Shown here piece by piece: positions 41,177 through 54,803 of a DNA stretch of 64,000 nt. Origin of the DNA: Eledone cirrhosa (Eukaryota); NCBI GenBank assembly GCA_964016885.1, contig OZ024742.1:29264001-29328000 (forward strand), given 5' to 3'. The notes under the pieces are model-generated. The model worked only from the letters and a program-made list of their open reading frames with translations. It was not told where the DNA came from and made no database searches. Both the position numbers and the translations under genes were made by a program. Numbering within the stretch: the stretch's first letter is position 1; every line of letters starts with the position of its first letter.

Positions 41177-44100
41177 AAGGCGGGTAAAATTCCCGAGATC
41201 CATGGACGAGTTCTCTCCAGCGGTCTCTGTCCCTCATTATCGCTGCCATATCCTGCATCTCCAACAGACCAGTGTCTGTCCTTAGGGCATCAACATATGT
41301 TAACCTTGGTCTTCCTCTTCTAGTGTGTCCATGTAGGGGCTCCCAAAGGAGCACTGAGTGCAATGTCAACTCTGGATGTCGGTGAGCATGTCCAGCCAAC
41401 CTCAGTCTCCTCTGTGTCACATTTGAGCTGACTTTTGGGATGCTCCCATACAGCTCTGAGTTTTTCATCCTCAGTGTATACTGATTAATGTTCAAAGCCA
41501 TCCTCAGCATTCTCGTGTAGCACCCATCCACCATCTGAGTGAGTCTCTTGGTCAGTGTCCAAGTCTCAGACCCATACAGCAGCACAGACTCCACTACAGC
41601 AATGAAGAGGCGGATTTTCAGGTCTCTACGAAGGTCCGACTTCCACACCGATCTCAAGCTGTGACACGCCGCCCAGGCCTTGCTCTTCCTCTCAACCACA
41701 TCATCTTCCGTATTCCCAATCTTTGCTCCCAAATACAGGAAGCCCTCAACCAATTCCAGCGGCTTCCCGCCTACATTAGTGATCCCCTCTGGCTTCTCAA
41801 CATTCTCTACCAGATATTTTGTTTTAGTCTCATTCATTCTCAGCCCCACACTCATCGACACAGTCTCAACCTCCCGCATCAAATCCTCTGCCTCCTTCAC
41901 TGTATTTGTCACCAAAACTATGTCGTCGGCAAATTCAGCATCCGATACCTTTTTCGCCCCAACTCTCCTGCTCTAAGCCGGTGCTACAGTAAAGCCAGAG
42001 TCCTGGTGTTTCTCCAGTGCAAGGCGCATACAATAGTCCACTACGATGATAAAAAGGTATCTCCCTGGAGCACTCCAGCCAGTATCTCAAAGAACTCAAA
42101 GAACTCTGTCATCCCATCAGGTGTAATGACTTGGGCTTTGGTGTTGGTGTAGAGCAGTGATATCAGGTCCACTATCCTCTTGGGGATTCCATAAGCCTGT
42201 AAGATCTTCATCAGGCAGTAACGGTCCACAGAATCAAAGGCCTTCCTAAAGTCAATGAAAACCATGACCGCAGGAAGGCACTTTGCTCTAGCTCCCTCTA
42301 ATATCCTCCTCAGCATCAGGATGTGACTGGTGGTTGATCTACCCTCTCTGAAGCCGTTCTGGTTGTCCCTGAGCTTCTTCTCCATCTCAGGCTGGATCCT
42401 GTTAAGAATCATCCTGTTGAGGGTCTTTGCCACAAGTGACGTCAGTGAGATCCCCCTGTAGTTGTTGGTGTTAGAGAGATCTCCCTTCTTTGGCACTGGG
42501 ACGATGTTACTGATCCTCCACTGATTCGGTGCAACTCCTTTCTCCAGTGCCCCGTTACAGAACCCCAGGATGATATCATCAAAATCACACCTCTTCATCA
42601 CCTCTGATGCCACTCCATCTTCTCCATGAGCCTTGCCCTCCTTGATCTTCTTCTTGGCTCTCTGAAGCTCCTCTCTGGTGAAGGGCTCTGTCTCAACATC
42701 CAGTTCCTCAAACAGCCGCCTGATCTCCCCAGTGCTCTGGGCTGTGGAGGGTGGCTCTCCTAGTAGGGTCCTAAAATGGTCTAGCCATTTCCTCTTCCTA
42801 TCCTCGGGCCCCGTTCCCTGGATCTGACTCGAACACCTTTTCTTCCTCCCTGTGATCTCGTTGATGATCATCCAGCTCTCCTTACATCCAGATCTGTCAA
42901 CCGCTCTCTCCACACTTCTGATCTTCTCTATCAGTGCCTCCTCTCTGACCTCAGTGTAAGCGGTACAGAGCTCTTCCCTCATCACCTCCACAGTCTCCAT
43001 CCTCACCTCCGTAGGATCAGCATAGAATTGGTCCCTGGCATCTTTCAGGTGTTCTCTGGCTGCACACACTTTTGGGTTTGCAGAGCTGACGTGCTTCCCT
43101 TTGTTCTTTTTCCTCGGCACCAGGGTTTCACTTGCTTTCGCCACTGCATTGGTGAAGTGCCCGTACCTCCTCGTCACACCCTCCTCAGTCCATCCAATCT
43201 CTCTCTCCTCTGACTCTCCACACAGAGCACTAAACCTGTTTCTCACATCCACTGTGAACCTCTCCTGTAGCTTACCATCTTCCTTGAAAGCTCCCCAGTC
43301 ATAGATTGTTCTCCGGGGCTGAGCCTTGCTCTTTCTTAAGCTCACGCGGACCTCACTCATAACAAGCCGGTGGTCACTACCCAGTGTACTGAAATAGCTG
43401 TATGGTTCTGTGTTCAGAACACTATTCCGCCACTTTTTCCTCACCAGAATGAAATCAATCTGGGACTTGGACAGGTGCATATCTGAGATGTAGGTCCACA
43501 TCTTCCCCAGATTCTTCCTAAACCTTAGGTTGGTCGCCATCAAGTTCGCCTCCAGCAGGGTGTCTCTCAGTAGTCTTCCATTTCGGTTGGTGTTGTTATG
43601 GAAGTACCAGCAAGGATCTTCACTGCCCTCCTTACTCAGATGTGCATTGAAGTCCCCCAAAACAAGCAGGATATTGTGTGCCTGAGTGGTGTTGACAGCT
43701 CTACACACCTCCTCATGGAACTCCTCGGCATTCACATTACTGTCCCCCTCGGTTAGACTATAGGCTGAGATGACTGTCAGTCTTGGGTTTCCATTGAAGG
43801 TCACCCTCAACACTCGCGGGGAGATAGGCATTATTTCCCTCACCAACAGATTGGTTTTTGCACTGAACACAAAACCCACTCCTCCTACTGCAGCATTTGT
43901 TGTGTTCTTCACTGCCGATGTAGTGATGAGCTGACTCTTCCTCCCGATCATCACACTCCTCACGGGCTCATCGTGTAGAATCCTGTGTTCTTGGATCGCA
44001 AGTATCTGTATACCACTCTCCTCGAACAGATGTCCCAACTCCTCTCTCTTCTCCAGCGTTCGAATAGTCCTCACATTCAAAGTGCCCATTTTGATGGCTC

Positions 44101-44194
44101 TTCTGCAGGACAAAACTGCATTCTTTATATTTGTCTCAGAGACAGCTGATCCATCATCCACTGGCCCTCTCTGTGGCTCTAAGCCAGCAGAGTC

Positions 44195-44196
<2 letters not shown>
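41175..44196 (-). mobile_element. Near full-length RTE-clade LINE (APE + RT), disrupted
   Basis: MGTLNVRT..AIQEHR..LGDFNAH..QIDFILV..GSDHRLV, NYRGISLTS, FIDFRKAFDSV, GVLQGDT, then a short deletion and a stop, EFADD, VLLYGSETWTL, RRLRLAGH..RGRPRLT. (TA)n on both sides. Confidence 0.93.
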
Positions 44197-44288
<92 letters not shown>

Positions 44289-44400
44289 TATATGTAGGAG
44301 TTGTATTTAATTTTTTGGAATTCCGACATACATAAATGTTTATAACTGATATAGAGCACTCAACATATAACTGAAGTAATTATTCCAAGATAATAATAGA

Positions 44401-44691
44401 TGGAAACTATATTTATAAAACCATATTTATTTTATTATATATATTTAAAGGGCGACCAACCCAATCTTGGGGCGTTTTCATCAGATAAAATACAAAATTT
44501 GTTTAATAAATAATGACATACCCATGGAAATCACAGCGAATTTCAGACCGTTAAGGTGTGATTTCCATGGGTATGTTATTATTTATGATACAAATTTTGT
44601 ATTTTATCTGATGAAAGCGCACCAAGATTGGCTTGGTCGCCCTTGAAATATATATAATAAAATAAATATGGTTTTATAAATATAATTTCCA
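44401..44691. mobile_element. ~290-bp hairpin element whose arms each carry a hammerhead motif (PLE-derived)
   Basis: 44401-44535 pairs with 44558-44691. Confidence 0.75.
44601..44663 (+). ncRNA. Minimal type I hammerhead ribozyme
   Basis: attttat CTGATGA aagcgcaccaag-attgg-cttggtcgccctt GAAA tatata TA ataaaat. The mirror copy at ~44428-44491 has GAAA mutated to TAAA. Confidence 0.75.
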
Positions 44692-44704
44692 TTCTTTATG
44701 TGAA

Positions 44705-45078
44705 TTGGCAGTATCGGTAGAGGCGGACGCCATGCTTTGACGCATAGAGTTACGGCCCTTGCCATTCTGAGTTCAAATCCCGCCGAGGTTAACTTTGCCT
44801 TTCATCCTTACGGGGTCGATAAAATAAAGTAGCAGTAATACACTGGTTAATTGCTGGCCTTGTGCCAAAAGTAGAAACAATTATTTTCTTTGGATTGGCA
44901 GTATCGGTAGAGGGTCGGACGCCATGCTTTTCAGCATAGTTACGTCCCTTTGCGGTCTGAGTTCAAATCCCACCGAGGTTAACTTTGCCTTTCATCCTTA
45001 CGGGGTCGATAAAATAAAGTACCAGTAATGTACTGATTAATTGATGGCCTTGTGCCTAAAGTAGAAACAATTATTATC
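44705..45078 (+). mobile_element. Tandem dimer of the tRNA-derived SINE
   Basis: Two ~185-bp units ttggcagtatcggtagag..gtagaaacaattatt. Confidence 0.88.
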
Positions 45079-45243
45079 TTGGGATATATATATATATATA
45101 GTAATAATGGTCAAGACCAAAATCCGAAGAGAGCTCTATGAGGATTATTTATATATAGGAATAGGGTGAAAGCAGGTATTGTTTGCTTAAACTTTAATCT
45201 GTACTAATAAATATATATATACATATTTTCCTATATATATATA

Positions 45244-45292
<49 letters not shown>

Positions 45293-45485
45293 GTATATAT
45301 ATACCTAAAACTCTTTTTTAAAAGAATCGTCCCTCTCATGTTTTCAATAATGTCACTTTGACGAATCAAAGAAAGGAAAAAAAAAAGAAAAAAGAACATA
45401 CCCTAAAATATATTTTACGTGAATTTCCAACTTCACCTTTTCTCCACAACCACTGTTTTCTATAGAATTTTATTTCCCTCTTCCA

Positions 45486-45605
<120 letters not shown>

Positions 45606-45606
45606 C

Positions 45607-45653
<47 letters not shown>

Positions 45654-46031
45654 ATAATAATAAATGTGAAGACTGAAATCCAAAGTGGGCTCGATAATGA
45701 TAAATATACATCAAATATATACGAACCGTAGAGCAAATATTTATTAAAATAACAGATTAAAGTTTAAGCAAAGAATCGCTGCTTTCACAACAAACAACAC
45801 ACCTACACAACAAACAACACACCTACACAACAAACAATACACCTACAACAACAAACAACACACCTACACAACAATTTCAGAAGATCCCGTTAAGGGTGAA
45901 AGCAGCGATTCTTTGCTTAAACTTTAATCTGTTACTTTCATAAAAAAAAAAAAAATATATATATATATATAGGTATGTATGAATGTATGTATGTATGTAT
46001 GTATGTATGTATGTATGTATGTATGTATGTA

Positions 46032-46621
46032 TGCTACTGGTAACATGTATCCCAGTACAACCTGTCTCATGGTCGGGTCGTTGGCGACTAAACTGGCAAC
46101 CCCACCAAGGTTTTTGGTGAGGAGGGTGACTTTGGACATCCTGCAGGACTAAAAACAAAACCTGTCAAAGGGCAAAGGAGCTCTTAAGTGTCAATGGCCA
46201 TCCAAAATCACCGGGAAAGATGACCCCTTAGCCTTTGTCAAGGCAAAATTCTAGGAGAAGGAAAATTCTGATATAACACCTGCAACCCTGATGGTATCCA
46301 ATGATGTTGACTTGTTCTTCTTTTTGGTAAATATCATCTTGGTTAAGAGAGTGGGACTGGCTTTTTGCAGTGCCTTTGCTCACTATAAAAGCTTCACGGC
46401 ACAGGCATTGCTTTATATCTGGAGATCTCTCTGCACTTGTCGTCACATGGTACCATGAGCCCAGCACTATGTGTCAATAATTGTCACAAGTGTAGTGTTT
46501 GTACCAGAGTGTTCAAGTCGCTGGCTAGACTAAAAAGTCACACTCATTCAGCGCATCGGTAGGGGTTCTCCTACATGGATATAAAGTAGTGGCCGTACTC
46601 GAAAACGAGTTGGCAGCCACC
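46032..46621 (+). mobile_element. Second copy of the bipartite RTE-derived element, embedded in (ATGT)n
   Basis: Closely matches 9463-10054, same 3' end gagttggcagccacc, (ATGT)n on both sides. Confidence 0.85.
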
Positions 46622-46799
46622 ATGTATGTATGTATGTTATATATAACCACTTGAATATAACTGTCGTAGTTTCTATCTTTCCATATTGTGAAATATATAG
46701 TTAACACAAAGTGTTTTCGTTTTGAGTTACATAGTATATATCCCGCCCCAATATTGCAGTGATTACCCGACAGTGTGATATTTCAACTACTGTTGTTGT

Positions 46800-49700
46800 A
46801 TGTGTGTAGGTCTGTTGTATGTTTGTAGGTGTTTTGTTTGTTGTGTAGGTGTGTTGTTTGTTGTGTAGGTGTGTTGTTTGTTGTGTAGATGCGTTGTTTG
46901 TTGTTGTAGATGTGTTGTTTGTTGTGTAGGTGTGTTGTTTGTTGTAGGTGTGTTGTTTGTTGTGTAGGTGTGATATTTGTTGTAGGTGTGTTGTTTGTTG
47001 TGTAGGTGTGATATTTGTTGTAGGCGTGTTGTTTGTTGTGTGTCTGTGTTGTTTGTTGTGTAGGTGTGTTTTTTGTTGTGTAGGTGTGTTGTTTGTTGTG
47101 TAGGTGTGTTTGTTGTGTAGGTGTGTTGTTTGTTGTGTAGGTGTGTTGTTTGTTGTGTGGCTGTGTTGTTTGTTGTGTAGGTGTGTTGTTTGTTGTAGGT
47201 GTGTTGTTTGTTGTGTAGGTGTGATATTCGTTGTAGGTGTGTTGTTTGTTGTGTGGCTGTGTTGTTTATTGTGTAGGTCTGTTGTTTGTTGTGTAGATGT
47301 GTTGTTTGTTGTTGTAGATGTGTTGTTTGTTGTATAGGTGTGTTGTTTGTTGTGTAGGTGTGTTGTTTGTTGTGTAGGTGTGTTGTTTGTTGTGTGGCTG
47401 TGTTGTTTGTTGTTGTAGATGTGTTGTTTGTTGTGTAGGTGTGTGTTTGTTGTGTGGGTGTGTTGTTTGTTGTGTAGCTGCGTTGTTTGTTGTATAGGTG
47501 TGTTGTTTGTTGTGTAGGTGTGTTGTTTGTTGTGTAGGTGTGTTGTTTATTGTGTGGCTGTGTTGTTGGTTGTGTAGGTGTGTTGTTTGTTGTGTAGGGA
47601 TGTTGTTTGTTTTGTAGCAGTGTTGTTTGTTGTGTAGGTGTGTTGTTTGTTGTGTAGATGTGTTGTTTGTTGTTGTAGATGTGTTGTTTGTTGTGTAGGT
47701 GTGTTGTTTGTTGTGTACGTGTGTTGTTTGTTGTGTAGGTGTGTTGTTTGTTGTAGGTGTGTTGTTTGTTGTGTAGGTGTGATATTTGTTGTAGGCGTGT
47801 TGTTTGTTGTGTGTCTGTGTTGTTTGTTGTGTAGGTGTGTTGTTTGTTGTGTAGGTGTGTTGTTTGTTGTGTAGATGCGTTGTTTGTTGTTGTAGATGTG
47901 TTGTTTGTTGTGTAGGTGTGTTGTTTGTTGTAGGTGTGTTGTTTGTTGTGTAGGTGTGATATTTGTTGTAGGTGTGTTGTTTGTTGTGTAGGTGTGATAT
48001 TTGTTGTAGGTGTGTTGTTTGTTGTGTAGGTGTGTTGTTTGTTGTAGGTGTGTTGTTTGTTGTGTAGGTGTGATATTCGTTGTAGGTGTGTTGTTTGTTG
48101 TGTAGGTGTGTTGTTTGTTGTGTAGATGCGTTGTTTGTTGTTGTAGATGTGTTGTTTGTTGTGTAGGTGTGTTGTTTGTTGTAGGTGTGTTGTTTGTTGT
48201 GTAGGTGTGATATTTGTTGTAGGTGTGTTGTTTGTTGTGTAGGTGTGATATTTGTTGTAGGTGTGTTGTTTGTTGTGTGGCTGTGTTGTTTGTTGTGTAG
48301 GTGTGTTGTTTGTTGTAGGTGTGTTGTTTGTTGTGTAGGTGTGATATTCGTTGTAGGTGTGTTGTTTGTTGTGTAGGTGTGTTGTTTGTTGTGTAGATGT
48401 GTTGTTTGTTGTGTAGGTGTGTTGTTTGTTGTAGGTGTGTTGTTTGTTGTGTAGGTGTGATATTTGTTGTAGGTGTGTTGTTTGTTGTGTAGGTGTGATA
48501 TTTGTTGTAGGCGTGTTGTTTGTTGTGTGTCTGTGTTGTTTGTTGTTGTAGGTGTGTTGTTTGTTGCGTAGGTGTGTTGTTTGTTGTGTGGGTGTGTTGT
48601 TTGTTGTGTAGCTGTGTTGTTTGTTGTATAGGTGTGTTGTTTGTTGTGTAGGTGTGTTGTTTGTTGTGTAGGTGTGTTGTTTGTTGTGTGGCTGTGTTGT
48701 TTGTTGTGTAGGTGTGTTGTTTGTTGTGTAGATGTGTTGTTTGTTGTTGTAGATGTGCTGTTTGTTGTGTAGGTGTGTTGTTTGTTGTGTGGGTGTGTTG
48801 TTTGTTGTGTAGCTGCGTTGTTTATTGTATAGGTGTGTTGTTTGTGGTGTAGGTGTGTTGTTTGTTGTGTAGATGTGTTCTTTGTTGTGTAGGTGTGTTG
48901 TTTGTTGTGTAGGTGTGTTGTTTGTTGTGTAGGTGTGTTGTTTGTTGTGTAGATGTGTTGTTTGTTGTTGTAGATGTGTTGTTTGTTGTGTAGGTGTGTT
49001 TTTTATTGTGTAGGTGTGTTGTTTGTTGTGTAGGTGTGTTGTTTGTTGTAGGTGTGTTGTTTGTTGTGTAGGTGTGTTGTTTGTTGTTGTAGGCGTGTTG
49101 TTTGTTGTGTAGGTGTGTTGTTTGTTGTAGGTGTGTTGTTTGTTGTGTAGGTGTGATGTTTGTAGATGTGTTGTTTGTTGTGTGTCTGTGTTGTTTGTTG
49201 TGTAGGTGTGTTGTTTGTTGTGTAGGCCTTTTGTTTGTTGTGTATCTGTGTTGTTTGTTGTGTAGGTGTGTTGTTTGTTGTGTAGATGTGTTGTTTGTTG
49301 TTGTAGATGTGTTGTTTGTTGTGTAGGTGTGTTGTTTGTTGTGTGTGTGTGTTGTTTGTTGTGTAGCTGCGTTGTTTATTGTATAGGTGTGTTGTTTGTG
49401 GTGTAGGTGTATTGTTTGTTGTGTAGATGTGTTCTTTGTTGTGTAGGTGTGTTGTTTGTTGTGTAGGTGTGTTGTTTGTTGTAGGTGTGTTGTTTGTTGT
49501 GTAGGTGTGATATTTGTTGTAGGTGTGTTGTTTGTTGTGTGGCTGTGTTGTTTGTTGTGTAGGTGTGTTGTTTGTTGTGTAGGTGTGTTGTTTGTTGTGT
49601 AGCCGTGTTGTTTCTTGTGTAGGTGTGTTGTTTGTTGTGTAGATGTGTTGTTTGTTGTTGTAGATGTGTTGTTTGTTGTGAAGGTGTGTTGTTTGTTGTG

Positions 49701-50247
49701 TGGGTGTGTTGTTTGTTGTGTAGCTGCGTTGTTTGTTGTATAGGTGTGTTGTTTGTTGTGTAGGTGTGTTGTTTGTTGTGTAGGTGTGTTGTTTGTTGTG
49801 TAGGTCTGTTGTGTAGGTGTGTTGTTTGTTGTAGGTGTGTTGTTTATTGTGTAGGTGTGATATTTGTTGTAGGTGTGTTGTTTGTTGTGTGGCTGTGTTG
49901 TTTGTTGTGTAGGTGTGTTGTTTGTTGTGTAGCTGTGTTGTTTGTTGTGTAGGTGTGTTGTTTGTTGTGTAGATGTGTTGTTTGTTGTTGTAGATGTGTT
50001 GTTTGTTGTGTAGGTGCGTTGTTTGTTGTGTGGGTGTGTTGTTTGTTGTGTAGCTGCGTTGTTTGTTGTATAGGTGTGTTGTTTGTTGTGTAGGTGTGTT
50101 GTTTGTTGTGTAGGTGTGTTGTTTGTTGTGTAGGTGTGTTGTTTGTTGTGTGGCTGTGCTGTTTGTTATGTAGATGTGTTGTTTGTTGTGTAGGTGTGTT
50201 GTTTGTTGTGTAGGTGTGTTGTTTGTTGTGTAGGTGTGTTGTTTGTT
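46800..50247. repeat. ~3.4-kb satellite, 20-bp unit gtgtaggtgtgttgtttgtt with 18/21-bp variants
   Basis: Directly visible tandem array. Confidence 0.97.
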
Positions 50248-51099
50248 GCTGTATTTGGCGTTCCAGATTTGTAAATGTTTTTTTTTCAAATATTGTTGTT
50301 GTTGTTGTTGCCTTTGTTGATGCAGTTGTTATTTTTTATACATATCTTTTTAATATGGTTGTTGTTGTTATTGTTGCTGTTGTTGTTGCCACTCTTATTG
50401 TTTTTGTTGTCACTGTTATTGTTGTTGTTGTCACACTTAGTGTTGTTGTTGTCACTGTTATTGTTGCTGTTGTTATTGTCTTTACATATATTTTTAGCAG
50501 TTAACAGAATAATTTTGTCAGTAGATTCTGATGACAAAATGTGTCATTCTTTGATATAATTTCAATGATCTCTTCCTACAGGTATATCAAACATAGCTTT
50601 TATATTGAAATCGAAGATAAGATCGATTTCCAGTTCTCTACAACTCTCCTCTCTCTTTATTTCTACATTTATCTTCTATTTGTTTTTGTTGTTTTTTTGT
50701 TTTTGTTTTTGTTTATTTTGTTAATTTTTGTTAGCTTTTGGTGGGGGCGGGGGTTGAGGTATATTTTGTTCAGTTGGTGTTCTCTTTGGGAGGAAAGTTA
50801 TATATATATTTCTTTTTTTTTGGGGGGGGGGGATATTTTTGTTCAGTTAGTTTTCTTTTTTTTGAGGGGAGGATATGTTTTTGTGTGAGGGGAGGTATAC
50901 TTTATTTGGGGTGAGTTATATTTTTTCATTCAGTTGCTGTTGTTTTTTTGGAGGGAGAGGTATATTTTTGTTTAGTTGCGGAAGCGGGGGGATATTTTTG
51001 TTTGTTTGGAGGAAAGACAGTTAGGGTTAGTTGGGAGATGGGAAGGTATATTTTTGTTTAGATGGTATTTTCTTTTTTTCTTTTGCTGTTGTTTATTGC

Positions 51100-51142
<43 letters not shown>

Positions 51143-51683
51143 ATGTTTGTTTTCAATTGATACAGTTTTGACATGTTTCTCTGTACATATATATCAACAC
51201 TCATATTTCAAATTTCTGTTGACGTTTTCTGTATTTGATGTTCCCAAATGGCCTCAAAGATGATCGCTTTCCAGAAACATTATTTATAAAACGTCTTTCA
51301 AGATATTCAGATATTAATTAAACATCAAACTAGATTCTTTCTCTTTTTTCTAGACGTTACTTTACGTTACTTATCGTTACTTTACACCCCACCAACTCTA
51401 GAGAGAACATGGCCGCAGGGTTAAGGTAGTGAGCCACTCGTTCACAAATGATTCATTTCGTTTCTACTGTTGACGTACTTGTTCCCCCACCCCACCACCA
51501 CCACCACCACCACCACCCCACCATAATGGTTCAGCGATTTACTCTACGTTGTTATGTCTCAAACATTTTTGGTGAAGATAAATAACAGAACGTTGGGGAA
51601 TGAGGGCTAAAATGGACTAGCATCCTATCCAAGAACTTTAGTAGATATATCTCTCTAATACTTAACACACACATGCAAACATG

Positions 51684-51828
51684 TGAAGGCGCATGGCTTA
51701 GTGGTTAGAGCATTGGACTTGCAATCGAAAGGTTGTGAGTTCAATTCTCGGACCGGATGATGTGTTGTTTCCTTGAGCAAGACACTTTATTTCACGTTGC
51801 TCCAATTTACTCAGCTGTAGAAATGAGA
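51684..51828 (+). mobile_element. tRNA-derived SINE of a second family (head + central domain)
   Basis: A box tggcttagtgg, B box gagttcaattc, then ccttgagcaagacactttatttcacgttgctc. Related pieces at ~53530-53700, ~57575-57730 and ~28040-28140. Confidence 0.75.
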
Positions 51829-51925
51829 TGAAAGGACTCGGGTCCCTATCATTAAAACTACCCAAGACACCTCCAGCGAGATAAACCTTGGAGGAGGCCA
51901 CCTAAACCTGCATAGGTGTGAGCTG

Positions 51926-51963
<38 letters not shown>

Positions 51964-52807
51964 ACACACACACACAAACATGAAATGAAAAAAACACATT
52001 AAACAATGAAAGGAAGGTAATATGAGGAAGGAGCAACTGTCACTACACCCTAGTCTGAGCGGTAATTCTAAGATTTCTTAGCTTCGTCTTGATTCTATAA
52101 CAGCATGTATGGCGTTACAGTAGGGTTTAATACAGTTTAGACAAGAATGGAAGACCAATGCGCATGTACCATTATTGTTATATGCCCGAATGCCTTCAAT
52201 AAAGCCATTTCCGCTAAATGCACTGAAAGGACTAAAAGAATGAGCAGAGTTAAACAGCGTAACGGTGTAAAACTTCCATCCAAGAAATAAAACCTGAAAG
52301 AGACGGAACAGATACTTAGACCGTCGCCAAGATTAGTTACTGAGGTAAGAGAGACACAAAAAAAGGAGAGAGAGAGAGGGGATGAGGGAGTTACCCACAA
52401 TAGATTACAGACAATCCTACGCCTTGTGGAGCCTTGCACATAAGAAAGCAAGAGCAAAATGTGCATATGATACAACAATATCAATAAGTACATTTCGTGT
52501 CGCAGCTTTCATGCGCCAACAAACCAGTCTTATTGGCGACTTACTATATAGTATAATATAACAGTACCCCACCTACCACCACGAATATTTCACTTGCTTT
52601 TCCTTTCAACTATGTTTTATTACATACTTTCTCCTCTTACACAGAAGAAAATTCAATTAGAAAGAACTTCATACAACTACAGCACCTTTTTTTTTCAACA
52701 TGAAAGTGTTTAACTCTGACACTTGTACACATATTTAATAAAATGCCATATATAACAGGTCTCTCTCATCTACTATATCTATATTTCTATCTACCTATCT
52801 ATCTACC

Positions 52808-52840
<33 letters not shown>

Positions 52841-53404
52841 CTTTGTGTTTGTGTGTGTGTGTCTATATATATATATATGTGTGTGTGTGTGGGTGTGCGT
52901 ATATATATGTATATATACATATATATACATATATATATATTCATATATATAATTGTGTATATATATATATTTGTGTAGATATGTATAGATAGATATATGT
53001 ATACATGCATATATATATAGAGAGAGAGAAGGGGCAGGGGGGGAAGAGAGAGAGAAAGAAAAAGAGAAATGGCGTCTTTTAATCTAATATTACTGTTTTC
53101 AGTCATTAGACTGAATAATAGTATTCAAGCATTTATGTACGAAAATCTAAAATAAAATTCATCTCAAATATATATACCGACGATGTCTCTATCTTCGGCA
53201 GAGTATTTTGCACCCATTCATTCGCCGAAAATATTATGGATGGAGAATAATATATATTTCTCTCTCTTTAATGCGTGCAACTGGTTTAGCAAAATTAATC
53301 GCGTGTATTTAAAAGGATCTCTGTGAGAGAAAGGAAATATTCCTTAATGTTAAATGAAGATGCACCTTGAGCGAATTGTTACGGGGTTTCTTTCGTAATC
53401 ATTT

Positions 53405-53521
53405 GTCCCGAGTTCCATCCCATTGCGTAGCATTTTGGGTAAGAGTCATTTACCATTGATTAGATTCGACCCCTGTCCTTTCAGTGGCATTGGGGAGACG
53501 GAAATTAATTGGAAGCTCGTC
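53405..53521 (+). mobile_element. Degenerate SINE fragment (third family)
   Basis: gagttccatcccattgcgtagcattttgggtaag..gagacggaaa..gaagctcgtc. Confidence 0.5.
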
Positions 53522-54426
53522 TGAAGGACTATACTTGTAATTCAAAGGGACAGCCTTGTTACATACTGTATCGTTGAATCTCTTTAAGAATTGCGTAAAT
53601 AGTGCATATGTTTGTGGAATGCCCAGTCATTTACCCGCTAAATGAATGGGCAGGTTGTTCTGTTGCTTGAACTCATCGTCGACAACGAAGAAGGATCACG
53701 CTATTACATCAGTATAGTGTGCGGCACTTCAATTTTACATATCAAAGTTAGCTTAACGCAAGTAATTGTAATTGAAATGGTATTCATACAGGTATCAAAT
53801 TCAAAAATTCTAACCATCTTAAATTTAAAAAGCCCAGCTGAGAGCACAAATAAATTGCTACAGTCTTCACTTGTGTGTGTGTGTCCTTCCCCACACCAAG
53901 GGGCTTTGAGCAATTGCCCCCTTTGCCCGCCATTAAATCCGGTCCTGTCTATACTACAACCGAATGTTAAATAGGAAAAGACTGCAATTGGTTTTACAGT
54001 TGATACAAAAGAACAATTGTATCACAGACTGAAAGCTGTTCCGCAATGTTAGATAAGATCCAATCTTCATTTTGGGTATGAAAATGTATTAAATGGTTTT
54101 GCTAGTAATCACTGCATTTCGTTTACTAAAATTGATCTCTCTGGTGATCGGGCCATGAATGTATTGTCCTGTTTTGTGATTAAAGGTGAAATTATGAACT
54201 CGTAGCATTAGTGGGTCAGTTCGATCATGAATGTATCAGCCTTTAGTGATTTTCACATTGGAATGCTTGTCATATATATGTCATATACACATGTGTGTAT
54301 CTGCGTGAGTGTTTGTGTGTGTGACCGTGTGGGTGTGGGTGGGTGTGTGGATGTGTGTGGGTGTGTGTGGGTGTATGACTGTGTATTCTATGATCAGCAA
54401 CATAAATGTGTGTATGTATGTAAGTA

Positions 54427-54474
<48 letters not shown>

Positions 54475-54507
54475 GATCGATATATAATGTAATGATCTCT
54501 TGCGGGT

Positions 54508-54677
<170 letters not shown>

Positions 54678-54738
54678 ATATAGATATAGATATTTATAAA
54701 TATAGATATTTATAAATATAGATATTTATAAATATATA

Positions 54739-54803
<65 letters not shown>

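Noticed and set aside
46800-50247. Telomeric repeat
   Set aside because: GT-rich but not TTAGGG-like, and internal to the window.
49003-50289. 428-aa Thr/Asn/Gln-rich mucin-like ORF
   Set aside because: Translation of the 20-bp satellite. The unit is not a multiple of 3 and the A/C-rich strand rarely contains stops.
51684-51755. tRNA gene
   Set aside because: A and B boxes are present but there is no complete cloverleaf, and it continues into a SINE body.
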